Notes under the pieces: generated by a model | The model's input: the letters and a program-made list of their open reading frames with translations, nothing else | Database searches by the model: none | Told to the model about the DNA's origin: nothing | In this document: piece by piece, positions 13,021 to 26,767 of the stretch | Position numbering within the stretch: position 1 is the stretch's first letter | Layout: every line of letters begins with the position of its first letter | Source of the DNA: Antedon mediterranea | Taxonomy: Eukaryota > Animalia > Echinodermata | Assembly (NCBI RefSeq): GCF_964355755.1 | Contig: NC_092675.1 | Coordinates: 20,432,912 to 20,496,911 of the forward strand | Reading direction: 5' to 3' | Length of the DNA: 64,000 bases | Translations under genes and position numbers: made by a program

Positions 13021-15527
13021 TCATAATGAATTTTCTATTTGTAATCTAACTTTCCGCCTGGTTTCTGCATCTAGTATTCGTCTTCGAAAAAACACAACTA
13101 AACATGAAATGATGCAGAGAACAAACATAACGCCCTCAAACACCCAAAAATGTTTCTCTATAGGCCATCCAGTCAATTCACAGCTGAAAAAAATATATAT
13201 AAATTTGAAAAACATTCATAATAAAAAATGTCATAACAAAATATATATGTCCAGTATCATTAGCAAATTCTGTATACAGTGTGTCATACGTGATACCTGT
13301 ACCACAAGTCATAACCTTTAACATAACATAATACACCACCACTAATAAAAACTACATCCTATTTCAAAATATTACGAAATTGTTAATGCTTGATTTAACG
13401 TAATACAAATATAATAAAGTAGCTAGAGAAATATTAAGGGTGTGTGTAAAAAAGTTACAGGTATATGGGATACTAGTGTACTTTCAGGTACTCATTGGGT
13501 GAGTGCTTTAGGCTACGTGGACAATCTTAAAGGTGGATGTCCCAGCCCACCTCTACCCCACACAATTACATTGATGAAGACACTTACCTTTTATATGTAT
13601 TAACTTTTGATTCTTTGCATTTCAGTAACAACTTATAGCCAGTTATTTTGCAATATTGGAAGACATTCTGTAATGAAATAATGTACCAATGTTACATTTC
13701 AACACATATTCAACAGGGAAACGGGAAAAGAAATTGTTACTTCTGTAACTAAGCCTTGAAATGAAATTTAGGTAGTGACCTAAAAAATGTGGTCAGGTTT
13801 GGGGGTGGGTCTAACCAGAGGACCTCATTGTCATATGTCCGAAGAGTTAATTCAAGTGTATTTATGGTCAAGAATCTCTCGACCATAATTCTGGTGGTAG
13901 AGCAGATATCTGGATTGGTTCACTTTTAAAAATCCCAGTGCATCTTTTTTCTGAAGAGAGGAGGTGTTACCCTTATGTTCTGGTCTATCTCATTAACTCA
14001 GCCCCTATCAACTTGGAAAGATGCATGAATGAGCATCCTTTGATTCCAGCTGAAATTTAGACTATTACAAAAAATATTATTGTTCATGCCATGGAGGTAA
14101 AAATAAATTACACTTTAAAAACATATAAGTTAGGATACGAAAATAAACACTATTACTGTACATAATAATAGTTCATAATAGTTAGTTCATTCTTATATAG
14201 CGCATATAAGCAAGCTCTCAATGCGCTGCACATTATTACCCCGGTCAGTTTGGATCAAACACAGAATGAAAACATACTCCAATAATAATTCTGCTAGTAA
14301 TCAGCGCAAAGTTGTGTCTTGATTTAACCGGTACCCAGGAATTCGTTTTTGCCAGTGGCTATTCGACTCTTAAATTCTTGAACCTTGACTTGACTTTTTT
14401 TCTATTTTGTTCTGTGTATTGTGATATTTTGTATATTTTGTAAGATCATTTTAATCCAGACCTTTTTATTTGAATTGCCCCGTGTGGGATGATTAAAGAA
14501 TTTTGAATTGAATTGAATTGAATTGAATTGTATACACCTGGGTGGAGAGATGCAAATATACGTAAAGTGTAGTTACTAAGGATACAAGCAATGCGACAAG
14601 AGTTGGATTCGAACCACAATCTCAAGATCAGTAATCCAACGTCCAACACACTGCACCACACGTCTAATACATACCGTTTCGTAGTACTCGCACCTTTCAC
14701 AAACTCCCATCACAGTATAGTCTTCCCGATGCCAGCATGGTAATGTACTTTCATCTGTATGCATATTACTACTTTCACGACTCTCAACAGACTTTTTATC
14801 TGAAGTTAAGTCTTCTGATGGAATGACACCCGCATTACACCTTTAATTTAAACAATGTTATAATTTGTTATTGGTTAATTCTTCATGTATAACATTGTAG
14901 GTCACAAAAATGTTTAAAGCTCTGTCTACACTACCAATCTAGTTTAACAAAAAAAGTGTGATGTGCCCAAATATGGTAGTGATATGACATCATTGTGTCC
15001 ATATATGAGCCCATCACATTTTTTTGTCACATGTAATAAAGTTTGATAGTGTAAACAGAGCTTAAGATAACAATTTAAATCAATAAATTTATATTAATTA
15101 TTATAAATATATATTATTTAAAATTTTATGAGGGTGGTCCATCCAGCCAAAGCTGATCATTAGGTACCCTCATAATCTAATCCATAATGTCAGAGTCTAT
15201 CTGACCTATTTAATTTGGTTAATACTTTGGTAAATTCTTTGTTATTACTTTTTGTATTCAAACTAAAATCTCCAATTAGAGATGAGACCATTTTGGAACC
15301 AAAGCTATTTATTAGATATACTATAAAACCTTGAAAAGAAGTCCATGGGCTTCTTTTTTTAGTAATGAGAGATTACAGAATATCATTTTTTTTTATTGGC
15401 TGCACGTGCAGGAGAAAGAAGTGTACGTATTGTTGTAGAGTGTTAAATGTTCTTACCGTAAAAAGAAAAATAGTATAATTAAAAAAATATTATAAAATTC
15501 ACAATTATTTAAAGTTTGTATGTTCAT
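13021..15527 (-). CDS. JTB: Jumping translocation breakpoint protein (JTB) homolog, single-pass membrane protein
   Basis: Exons 15527-15457 (signal-peptide-like MNIQTLNNCEFYNIFLIILFFFLR), 14840-14675 (LPCWHREDYTVMGVCERC), 13667-13588 (CKITGYKLLLKC), 13183-13021 (HFWVFEGVMFVLCIISCLVVFFRRRILDAETRRKVRLQIENSL*). Cys pattern, FWxFEG and C-terminus match JTB; all phases compatible. Confidence 0.9.
14170..14665 (-). mobile_element. SINE family 1 copy interrupted by a LINE 3'-tail insertion
   Basis: A-box-like GTGGTGCAGTGTG, B-box GGTTCGAATCC and core CCACCCAGGTGTATACAA|TGGGTACCGG split by ~14338-14530, which ends in (TTGAA)n. Confidence 0.7.
14917..15063. mobile_element. MITE family A copy
   Basis: Same TIRs. 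Confidence 0.85.
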
Positions 15528-16721
15528 TTTGCTGGTGATGACAAAATCACTGAAACGATCAATAATAATGTAGACGTCACTAAGAAGAAGGTTGCTGAAA
15601 TGAGAAAAAAAAAAGGTGGATTAGTTTTAATTAGTTCTTTATTTTCTCTATTATTGTATACAAAACTGTGGTAAACACATTAGCTGTTTATAAGGCCTAT
15701 ATTTGCTAGTACTTCACGTGATCAGTGCAGTGGGGGAACCCACCTACAGTTGCTAGTAATTCACGTGATAAGTGGACACAGTTGAAACCAATCGGGCCCG
15801 CCTATACTGAGCACAATTTTATAGAGACGGCTGAATTGTGAGTAGGCCTAGCCTAGAGGCTTTGGTGAAACGCCTAAAAATGACTTTAATTAATACTACA
15901 GTGGACAAACTTACCATTTAATTTTAAATATGAAATTTCAACAATGTTTTTATGCGTTAAAATAATGAGAAATCAGCATCATCTTCTTCTACGAATCTCA
16001 ATAACAATAACATGTTGTTAAAAACACAACAAGAAATGACAACAAAACCTCCACGTCGGTTTTCGCGACAAAAATAGCTGTCATCATCAGGATGCAGACA
16101 GACTGTTCCTTTGTTGGAAAGGGGTAGGCCTAGGCTAGTATGTGTTACCAATTAAGTATCATTTGATGTTTGTAGATAATCAAATCATCAAATTTACTGT
16201 CACTTAATATTTTGTATGAAATATCTAAACATTTTTACATGTTTAATACATTTTTAAATAATAACATTGTATATATTTATGTATGCTTCTAAAATATATC
16301 ACCTTAAAATGATGGTCTCTCCCGCAAAAGGGCTTCCCCAAAAATCCATTCTTTCATTACATTTTATTGGCTGCCATTGCTCAGAAGTGTAAGGCCTAAG
16401 GTCTGTAGAGTGTACTAATTTGTTTAGACCCTGTAGGTTTATAAAAACAGGCGAAATAGATAGGTCAACACATAGAATCAAGTTTAATTTGACCGGTAAT
16501 AAAATAAGGTATAATTAATAATGTTTTGTCTAAATTCATATTGGGAAACTGTTTTAATTCTTTGATATTTTGTACTTTTTCTCGTTGAGTGAGGCAGTGG
16601 AAACGTGATCGGCCTACTATCTCTAACTGTAAATGTGAATTGTTTTAATAATATATTTGTTTATGAATTCTATATTTTTCTTTAAAACTGCGCACCAAAA
16701 CAACAGACTGCGAAAAGTATC

Positions 16722-19700
16722 ATGGAAAAACGGATTGAAGAAGTAGATCTGGCCAAAGACGATGTGAAAGATGACGTGATAGATTCAGAAGAAAATAAAA
16801 CAAATATGGAAGGAGAAACAAAACCAAATGATACAAGTTCAGATGAAGTTACACCAGACAAAGTTCAGACTGATGATGCTCCAGTTGATGGCGGCTGGGT
16901 TGACATCATTGGAAGTGGTGATCTGAAGAAGCTGGTGCTTAAAGAGGGCAGTGGTGTTGATAGTAGGCCTCGGAAAGGAGAGATTGTTACCATGAGAACA
17001 AACGGTCAATTGGAAGATGGCAAAATTGTTGATGCACATGAAAATTTTAAATTTTCTGTTGGAGAAGGGGACGCATTGCAGGGTAAAAACTATCATAATT
17101 GATCTCCGTTATTATTAAATGTTTAAAAATCGTAATATAAAAATAACGCTTAAAAAAGAACGACGTTTTGACTCCATCATGGGGTCATTATCAAGTCCAA
17201 TGAATAAAATATAAAACAACAACTAATTAAATAGCACAAGCCAAGGGTCAACGTTTAAATAACAAAAGACCTATTGTCTAACATCCTGTCAAATGAAAAG
17301 CTTAGCTTATACAGAGTCACTTTGTTTATTCAGACTAGGTTTTAATTGTCTGATATACAACATTTCATAGATAACACAGTCAAATTTGTTTTTGCATTTC
17401 CTAAGTATACTAAAACATGAATTAATTTTACTTGGATTAACAATCACGTTATGATCCTTTAAATGCTGTCCTATTAAGCATCTACTATGTTCAACAATGC
17501 GTTGGTAGAGGTGTCGGCATGTATATCCAACATAACATCGCACAAGTCACATTTAAATTTATACACAACACATTGTTGACTTATAATAGTTGGTTTCTTT
17601 TCGACTTTCCTAGGTTGTTTTATTCACATACGTCTTAACATATTCAGTTTTGTTTGTGTTTTTAGCGTGGGAGCTTTGTGTTCCTCTAATGGAATTAGGA
17701 GAAATTTGCACATTGATTACAACTCCGAGGTTTGCTTATGGAGAAGTTGGAAGGTAAATGCCTTTACCCGCTAAATGGTCTTTCACACCTGTTCCGGCAT
17801 GATTCCGGTCCGGCGCCGGCAAATCAAATCGAACATCAATTTTTTTCATTTTCACGATGCTCCACTTGGATATGCACCAAATGCGCCTTGCCATGTGAAA
17901 ACAAAATAATAATAATAATAAGATTTTTATAGCGCACATACCACTCCAGAGTGCTCAAGGCGCATTTAAAAATAAAAAAGAAATAAATCATACAAATTCC
18001 TGACAAATAAAATGCAAAACAGTGACATTCAATTTGATTTGCCGGAGCTGGTGTGAAAGGCCCTTCCTGATTCCTGATTCTTTCCTGAACCATACACTGG
18101 AGTTCTTCAGTGTGATAGATCTACCCATTGTTTGACAGACAAATAAATGTTTAGCATATATTAGATATATCTCCTCTGAAGGTGTTCATTTTACAATTTT
18201 CCTCTTTTTCAGAAAACCAGACATTCCACCAAATGCAACTATTACGTATGAGTTGGAATTATTAACTGTTGAAGAAGCCGTTAATCTTACAACCCTACCA
18301 TTGGAAGGGCTTTGTAAATTAGCGTAAGTATAGTGTTGTACTTTTTGAAAGCTGTTATGATTCTATATTTTTATTATTATTTATTAACTTTATTAATCTC
18401 AATTATTGGAAATTAACATCCTAGTGACTCACTTTGTGTGGTAAGGCCTCACAATATATTATCAATTTCAGAGATGAGAAACGAGAAAGAGGAAATGACT
18501 TATTTACAAGATATGATTATTCTGGTGCTATTAACTCTTATACACGGTAAGTATCTAACCTAGCAAAGATAAAAAAATCACACATTATTTAATACAATTT
18601 TTAAATCTGCAAAATGTAATAACTTGTAACCAGGTTTGCATAGTGTGAAGACAATTTTCTGGAAAATCTCCTGAGATTTTGCAAGGGTCCCCATGTGAAA
18701 TCTCAAAACACAGACGAGATGCCTGTTCTGTTCTTCCCAGATGTCCCGAGTTTGTACTGCGCATGTATGTTGCCCTGGAATTTAACTGACCAATCACAGT
18801 ACACTAATAATTAAATAGCACCTACTATGCAATGACAATACTTTTCAAGATTTTTCATGTATGCGTGTACGAAAGCGTGCAATAAATCTGTAGATCAAAC
18901 CTGGTTACAACTAGTAACAATTTACACCAATGGCTCAGATTCGTTTTTAGTAGTGGGAGGAACGTATAAAATGAAATACTTTAGGCTTGGGACTAGAGGG
19001 CTGCCAAGGGATGAGAGCCCAATTAGAAGGATAATATAGTTGGCTGTAGCCAGTTCGAAAAAACAACCTTTTTTCTGAAGTTCCCCTTTTAAAATAACTA
19101 ACTCTTGACATTTTTTGGCCAATCTTTGTAGGCAAATCTAATATGAGGCCTAAAACAATATTTTCTTTAATAACAATGTTTGTAATTATGCCCCAAGTTA
19201 TTTATTATTGATTATTTACTATTTTATTATTTTTGAAATTGATTTTACTGTTCATACTACATATTTGTATACTATTTATAATTTATATTAATAACTTTTT
19301 CCTTGTTAAATTACAGTGCTCTTCAAATTCTAGAATCTGATGAGGTAAGTCAAATTCATGTGTGCAATAAGTCATCTTCCATGTAGATTTTATTGGTTGA
19401 TTTGTTATCACATGGCATGCATTATTCTCTTCCATTTCAATGATTGAAGGTACTATTTCATGCTCACCTTTTGAAACCACCTGTAGAGTGCACAGTCTAT
19501 AACTGTTGTTCTCTCGCGTCAAAAATCCAAGAAATGTGTTTATGGCTTGGCATTAATACATTTAATTCGAAATTACTGATTAAATAAAAGTTTACTTTAT
19601 TTAATTATTTATTCGTCATTCTTTATATACGATACTAATAAATGAAAAAGACAAATTTTGTTTTACTATATACATTTACATTTGTACCTTTTTTTTAGTC

Positions 19701-22700
19701 CGCAGATGAAGATGGATTTAAACAATTACAACAATCAAAAATAAAATGTTACAACAACTTAGCAGCTGCTCAAATAAAGGTAAAACTTTTTTGTAGTACC
19801 TATTACTTTACCTGTGGGTTTATTTTGTTATGTTAAAGATATATTGTCCCCCTAAAAAAATTTTTTTTAAATTCTTTTGTTGAATATGTTATTTTAATGT
19901 CACATAATAGTTATTCACTCTCACAAAAAATTTGGTCTGAAAAAAATTTATTTACCTGAGAAAAATGTAATTTAAAGCAAAAAATGGTCAAATTGTCTGG
20001 AAGACAACGAGTTTTTGGGTAATTTAACTGTTTATTTTGTCTTTTTATAGGTGAAATAATTTTTTCCCCCGTTTTTTTTCTTATGGAAGTGAACAACTTC
20101 ATTAAAACTGCAAAATGGCCTATTCAAAGTCCAATTTAAATAATCTTTATTTTTCATGATTTTGGGGGACAATATATCTTTAAAGTAAAAAATGTATTTA
20201 TCTCTTTTTAAGACAAGGACCCCAATGGAAATAAGTTTTCTTTTAAACTTTCTTATTCCTTGGTTCATTCTATTAATATTGTTATCTTGTGCTTTTTATA
20301 TTTTATGTTTGTCTTGTATTTTTGAGTGAACCGAATAAAACTTAACTGAACTGAAAAATCTTAGAAAAGAAAACATCATTCAAATCAACTAAACATGCAC
20401 TTCCTTCTTTCTAACTTGCTTTCTTTTCTTAACATAAAATAATTAAGTAGAAACTTCTATTAACGAATATGATTAAAAAATTAAATAAGAAAAGACAAAA
20501 TATTGATACTGTTTTCATAAAAACATATACTTTTTTTAAATGGTGTGCTTCTTTCTGTGATGAAAAAATAACTAAAATGTGTTTCACTTATATTAATTCA
20601 CAAAGAAATAAGACTTAGGTAGAAAGAAACAGTCAAACGATACGATATGATAAGATATTATTGATTGTAATTTTAACAACGAGGTACAAATGAAATTTTG
20701 TTGGTTGGTTTACATTTTACATCCATGCTTATGATTTTATTCTTATTTTATAACTTAACTCAATTTCTAAACTTAAATGTTACAGGTTAAAGCTTATGGT
20801 CCTGCTCTAAAGTCATGTGACTGGGTACTCAACCATGAAAAAGACAACGCAAAGGCATTATTTCGTAAAGGAAAGGTAACTGAACTTTATTTAGTAGCTG
20901 CATCAGTCAGTGTTAAATGAGAGGCTTCTTCACATGGCATATAAAATGACCAATCACAATGCATTATTATAGTTTGATGAAATTAGAAAGCATGTCAGAT
21001 GTACTGTCAGTCGTGTTGAGTTTGCTGTCATAAGGTCATATCAATTAGGAAGTTTTTGATTTGCAATGACATACGACATGACATCTTGCTAGTTTAATGT
21101 GCGCTTGAGTTTGGTTTGACAATTTTTGTCAAGATTGTTTGAAACCCAATTGCATTGATTTTACTGTGATGGACTCTGTATCACAAATATGCACATTTCA
21201 ATCTTTATTGGGTTCGTCAGTTGCGGTGAAAGAAAAATCTATGATTTAGGGGAAAAATGTATTGAAATATTGTTTCTCATTGTCTTTTCTATATTTAAGG
21301 TGTAATAATAGATCTGTATTTACTTTAAGGTTCTTGCTGTACAAGGTGAATTAACAGAAGCATTGATAGTAACAAAAAAAGCTTTGAAATTAGAGCCATC
21401 AAATAAGGCAAGTTGCAATTTTAAAACATACTGTAGCTTACCATAGTCAATATCTTACTAGGGGTTCTTTTTCCCCAAAAAGGGAAGGAAAAGCAACTGA
21501 AGAAAAAATAGTTGATGAAAATAATTTGCCTGCTGGCTACCAGTACTGTATGTAGGATTGGCCTAAACATTTTAATAAGTTAGGCCTACTTACTAGCAAT
21601 TAGCTGCTGGTCTGGTTTCGAACCCTACGAACCCTGCCCCCTAACCCCCATGGCTTTGTAATGTCAAACATAAAGAAAGAGTGAAATAAGTGTTACAGAT
21701 GAGAAATCTGTAGGGTGACCACGAGATCCGACCTCTACCTTCTGCTTTCATGATATGGAGACGCCCTTTAGACCACTGGGATTTTCATTATATGGAGATG
21801 CCCTACCATTAGACTAAACATATTTGTCTGTCAATAAAGTATAAAAATAATTGTAAGAATTGTGAGGAATGGATATAGGTGTTGTGTGAAACCATACAGT
21901 TACTTAACTATAAATATCTATGGTGAAAGAGGACAGTATCTATTATCCAGTAATTATAAGTTATTGTGTTTTTAGACAATACATCAGGAGTTGTCAAGGT
22001 TACTAGCCAAACAAACTGAACAAAAAGAAGAACAAAAGCTATTGTGCAGGAAAATGGTTGGAGATATGGCAAACATGGCAGAGACTACACCACCAAAAAG
22101 CAAGGTGATTAATATGCAGGGTATTGAAGAATAGCTCCCCTATTAAAGATTTATTTTTTTAATTTAATAGATGAACAAAAGTTATGTTCAGACAACCAAA
22201 CATGAAATTATACGTGCGCAATACTTCCGATGAACGTCCACATGATGCTTAATTTTAGGTTCAAAAAAACAAAAATTGCATCTACACAACGCTAATTCGC
22301 TAATTTTCTAATATGAGATAATTGACTATAATACCAGTGTGGTTACATGTTGGTGCATACCACCAATCCCAAATGTACTGACTTTACATTAGGTCATGAT
22401 AATACCAGGATTTGGGCTAGCTGACACCAGGATTTGGGCAAGCTGAAACCAGAATTTGGGCCAGCCGATATTCTTCATGACCAAAAAAGTCCCATTGCCT
22501 AAAAACGTTATAAAATAAAAAACTTTAGAATATACAGTACATATATTCATGTGATCTGCTAATGGTTTGCAGTGGCGATAGTTTAATCACAATAGTTTGT
22601 GAGGTTCTTTGATACCTTCATGTTCTTGAGTAGATGTGCGCCATCTACATATACCTGTAGTATGTGTGTGTTTCTGCTTGTTTTGGCATAAAGACTTGGC

Positions 22701-22874
22701 TAAAATATGTTGGGCAGTTGTCTGAAAATATGTAGTACTTGACCATTTACTTTTTTTACAATGGATTTGATTTCAATTTTGTTGTTTCAGATGAAAAACA
22801 AATATGCAATTCTTGCACTCCTCGCTGGCTTGCTAGCTGTCATCACTGCTGTGTTGATCCAATCATCTGAATAG
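16722..22874 (+). CDS. FKBP8: Peptidyl-prolyl isomerase FKBP8/FKBP38 (acidic N-terminus, FKBP domain, TPRs, C-terminal tail anchor)
   Basis: Exons 16722-17082, 17666-17753, 18213-18323, 18472-18546, 19317-19344, 19699-19779, 20786-20875, 21330-21407 (GC donor), 21976-22104, 22791-22874. Motifs WVDIIGSGDLKKLVLKEG, MELGE...RFAYG...DIPPNATITYELEL, KRERGNDLF, KCYNNLAAAQIK, KALFRKGKVL; terminal TM helix YAILALLAGLLAVITAVLI. Confidence 0.92.
17155..17620 (-). mobile_element. Penelope-like element 3' remnant (GIY-YIG endonuclease, frameshifted) in FKBP8 intron 1
   Basis: VVYKFKC...YVGYTCRHLYQRIVEH...IYEMLYIRQLKPSLNKQ, followed by a degenerate hammerhead motif at ~17158-17200. Confidence 0.8.
17770..18064. 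mobile_element. MITE family B (TTTCACACCTGTTCCGGC TIR) with an internal SINE-tail-like insertion
   Basis: CTTTCACACCTGTTCCGGC ... GCCGGAGCTGGTGTGAAAGG; second copy at 28676-28841. Confidence 0.7.
19832..20183. mobile_element. TTAA-flanked MITE family C (Kolobok-like)
   Basis: TTAAAGATATATTGTCCCC ... GGGGACAATATATCTTTAA; homologous copy at 27051-27386. Confidence 0.8.
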
Positions 22875-24857
22875 CATCCTCTACAGTTGAGACGTAAACA
22901 GAAAATAGAATATATTATGCAAACATAGATGTCTAGGGGTGTATGTACTGTACTTTATTGCAATATACTGTACTACTCATTTTGTCAGAATGTGTGTTCT
23001 AATTTACAGTATTTTCACATTAAAGATATTTCCTTTGTCCGTGTAATATGACCTGAACAGGGAAGAGTAAAATTACATTTGTAATACCTTGTAATTTCAT
23101 TCTTCTCTGGACCTTACCTACATATGCATGTACAGTAAGTAAGTGGGATGTCTTTATGGTAGGAAACTGAACGAGTAGCTGGAATAGTGGGTGGTATTAA
23201 GTTGCAAAATTAAAACTGCTCTATTTAAAAAAAAAAAGTTATGATACATTTATAAAGACAATAGATTAGATTTTGTATTAAAACGGCCTCATATATTGTA
23301 GTTAAATTATTAAATAAGACTTGTCTTATTAGGAAGTAAGTAATAATACAAGTGATGTACAAAGTTCAAAACCTAGATGATGATGAACTATAATAGAATT
23401 ACTCAAAACAGTCAGATATGTCTGTCTTCCCCGTGGTCAGCCACACCACCACTACATCTTGTCCTGGAAGTTAATACCAGTAATTTGAATGTGCAAGAAT
23501 TTTACACAAATTTTAGTCAAGTAACCTTACTCTTTCCTATTTAATAGCCATTTTAAAAATCAAGATCTACAAACTGAATCGAATGATTTACATGACATGA
23601 TTTATAGTATGTGGGTCTTTACAATATCGTTAGTAGATTTTCCAACAGGAAACCGACTGCCAGATTCTATCTTCTAATCATCTTACTTCTCTCTGCCCAA
23701 TCTGCTCTTTGGCCTTCAGCTCTATGTTATCGTCTGTGTGTTATCATTGTGGTACAGTAGTACGATGAAAACGTAGATCATACCATCTTAGGTTTACAGA
23801 ACTACAGTACATTCCATGATATACAGTATTTCCTGCACTTTGATATACTTGTTTTATGTGTGCTAAAATTATATTATAAAAAGGTGCATTGATTATAAAA
23901 ACTGATAATCATCCAATTTGTAACAAAGTATAATTATAAAAACTAAAAGCTATAAATATTATTGTTGTATTTTTAGTTTGAACATTATGTTCATGGTTTA
24001 ATTTAAAATGCAGTAAACATGAGGTTAAATAGTTTAAATGTTTTCTTTTTAAATTCATTTTCTTATACGTACCAATAAAAATGTATTTGTCCATGTTAAT
24101 TCATACTAATTTAGTCATACAGTACTAAGCTAAATTTATAATTAAACTTTTAGTATACTCGAACAAACAGTATCTGAATTTTCTTTGCACTGATAAAGAG
24201 TAATTATACGTGACTAGCAATATGACCGTAATATCTCAACTGAATAATTAAAGTGACTTTAACTTTATTTATAGAATTGTGAGCTCCAATAAAACCATAA
24301 TTATAACTAGATCAGACAATAATTGCCTGCGTAGGCTTGAAAAATTTGTTAAGGCCTATTTATGTATTATTTTTGGAAAATTATGAATAATTTCAGTCAT
24401 GTGATATTTCTATGTATATGAGGATATGATTCATAAACATTTGTATTTTCAAAGGTAATGACAATATAATACCAAGTAGGAAATGTATTAAAAATAAATA
24501 TTTATAAATCTACCAGAAATTATTAATAGTTTATTTACTATAATGTGAACCATTTAATTACAAAAATCTAATCCTAATCATTGGTTTCAAAATAATACAA
24601 AAATGAAATACATATTTGTATTAATAAAACAAAATAGTGTACTATATTTTAAATATATTTTACTGTATTCGCCCAATGCTATCTATCTGCTTGACTTGTT
24701 TACCTGTGGTGAGTTCAAGTGGATTGAGGCCCAAAATCAAGAAGTGTTTTGTGGTGGTTTTACCATAGCAATTAGCAGAGAACAGCATTTAAAACAAAAT
24801 GCTTTACCAGATAGACCACAGCGATAGTAGCATAGCACAACTTGACCTGTTTATACA

Positions 24858-24981
24858 TTATTTGAAGGTTTGCGGTACACCATGTACATTAGTTCTGAAA
24901 ATAACTGTTAAGTTCCTTGATGTTTCGATCAATATGCTTTGATCATCTTCAGGAGTGAGAACCGCAAACTTCATATCAACA
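24858..24981 (-). mobile_element. 124-bp insertion carrying a minimal hammerhead motif, flanked by a 16-bp direct repeat
   Basis: TTGACCTGTTTATACA at 24842-24857 and 24982-24997; minus strand reads CTGAAGA-T-GATCAA-AGCATA-TTGATC-GAAAC. Confidence 0.6.
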
Positions 24982-26767
24982 TTGACCTGTTTATACACAT
25001 GCAGTAACTAGATGTTAATAATGACACCTTATAAACAAATGTGGGGGTGGGGAACAAACCCCATGGACACACCAGCATCATCCATCTGCCAATTAGGGTT
25101 CAAAGGGGTGGTGCACGCATGAGTCAATATAAAGTCAGTATAATAATAATAATAATAGATAGATTTATATAGCGCAAATAAACGATGACTCTATGCGCTC
25201 GACAATAAAGAGAAAGAGTGGAAAACAAAAGGAAGAGAACAAAAAGACAAAAACACCAAGCTAGCACCTAAACCGGACTATGGGGATACATCACCGCTAA
25301 CTGCCCAGTTAGCATCGGTTATATCTTGATCTTTTCAGTGAAAAAGTTGCACTATACTGTATGTGCTGACAGATACTAAACACAATAACAATTGTTTGAA
25401 TATTAGCAAGTAAAACTATGACGACATGAAACAAATAAGAAGGTTCTATTGTTTTGTCTTGGCATTGAATGTCCATGGATTGTCTCGATTTGATTGTTTA
25501 AACTAGACAAATATCTCGTAAATATGAAATACAGTATGTACATATATACATGCATATGTATTTAACATCTGTAAGTGCAGTGAAGCCCTGCAGATTAAAA
25601 AGCACTAAATATTATAAACAAATTACTAAGAAAATATGTTTAATTTTCCTCAAGGGTTTATGTTAATGAAACATTAAAAATTGATACCATATGGTAGACT
25701 CTTGGGGTGGAAATGGGAATCGGCCAAAAGTGGTTTATAAGGTTGGGTTTAAAGATACGGTTTTTATTTAGGCACACTTTCCTAGTAAGCACACGGCTAG
25801 CTCTACTTATTGGAAAATTTCTTTCTGAACTACAGCACTGTATAGAATTGTTATTTAAATTTCAGATGAGGCGAGCACCGAGTCTACCTCATGCTGGCTA
25901 CAGCCCTGTGATTACCGTATTATCGTCCTCAAATTAAACAGGAAACTGGGGCATTTGGACCAATGGCAGCCAGTAGTGCAGCACCCTATGCCAGCAGAGA
26001 TCCCCTACTCGTTTTGTAGTGTACCAAGTTGCACTGTAGTATGAGACCAACAGCTTTACCATCCTTTCTGAAGGACAAGGCAATCATATGAGTAATACGG
26101 ATACAACCCATGACCCAGATGCTTGTTTAATTATAATACTCACTATATCATTAATTATTATACAAATAATATGTTGGAATGGAATGAATATTTTCATGAG
26201 TTGATATTTATGATTTTAATTGTCTCGGATACATAGTATGGCCGATGTGTATAGTATTTGATTGACCTGTCGACATTTATTTTTCTGAAAGAGTTCATCC
26301 CCATCTTGAATTTTTAAGAGCTCATTCTACATCTGAATTTCTATACATCTGCAGTCCACATCGCAAACTTATGGAATTTTAGCCTCGGATCATGCTTCTT
26401 GTTTTTGATATACATGTCCATGCAAAGTGTGATGCCTATTAATATTATGGGAATATACCTGCTTTCAATTCAAATATAAGCTGGAACCAATCGTAATGGG
26501 AATATTGTGGCCAGATAATATGACTAGGTTGAAGTTGTCCGGAGCATATACCAGTACCGGAATATTATGAATATGAATTTTTTCTGATAAGAAAACATGC
26601 CGGTATTGTTTGCACAATATTGCGATAATAAAGCTCTGTTTGAAATTGGTACAATACGAGTGGTATCATTGCATTGTTAGGATAGTTAGGATATGGAGAT
26701 GTAATAATGGTGGGACCAAACCCTGAGATGAGTCATGCTTGTGAGTAACACAGGTGATTCATCCCTT

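Noticed and set aside
26170-26720. Possible hidden coding relic in the FKBP8-ABHD17 gap
   Set aside because: Higher-complexity sequence, but no long open frame or recognisable motif; a tblastx search would be needed.
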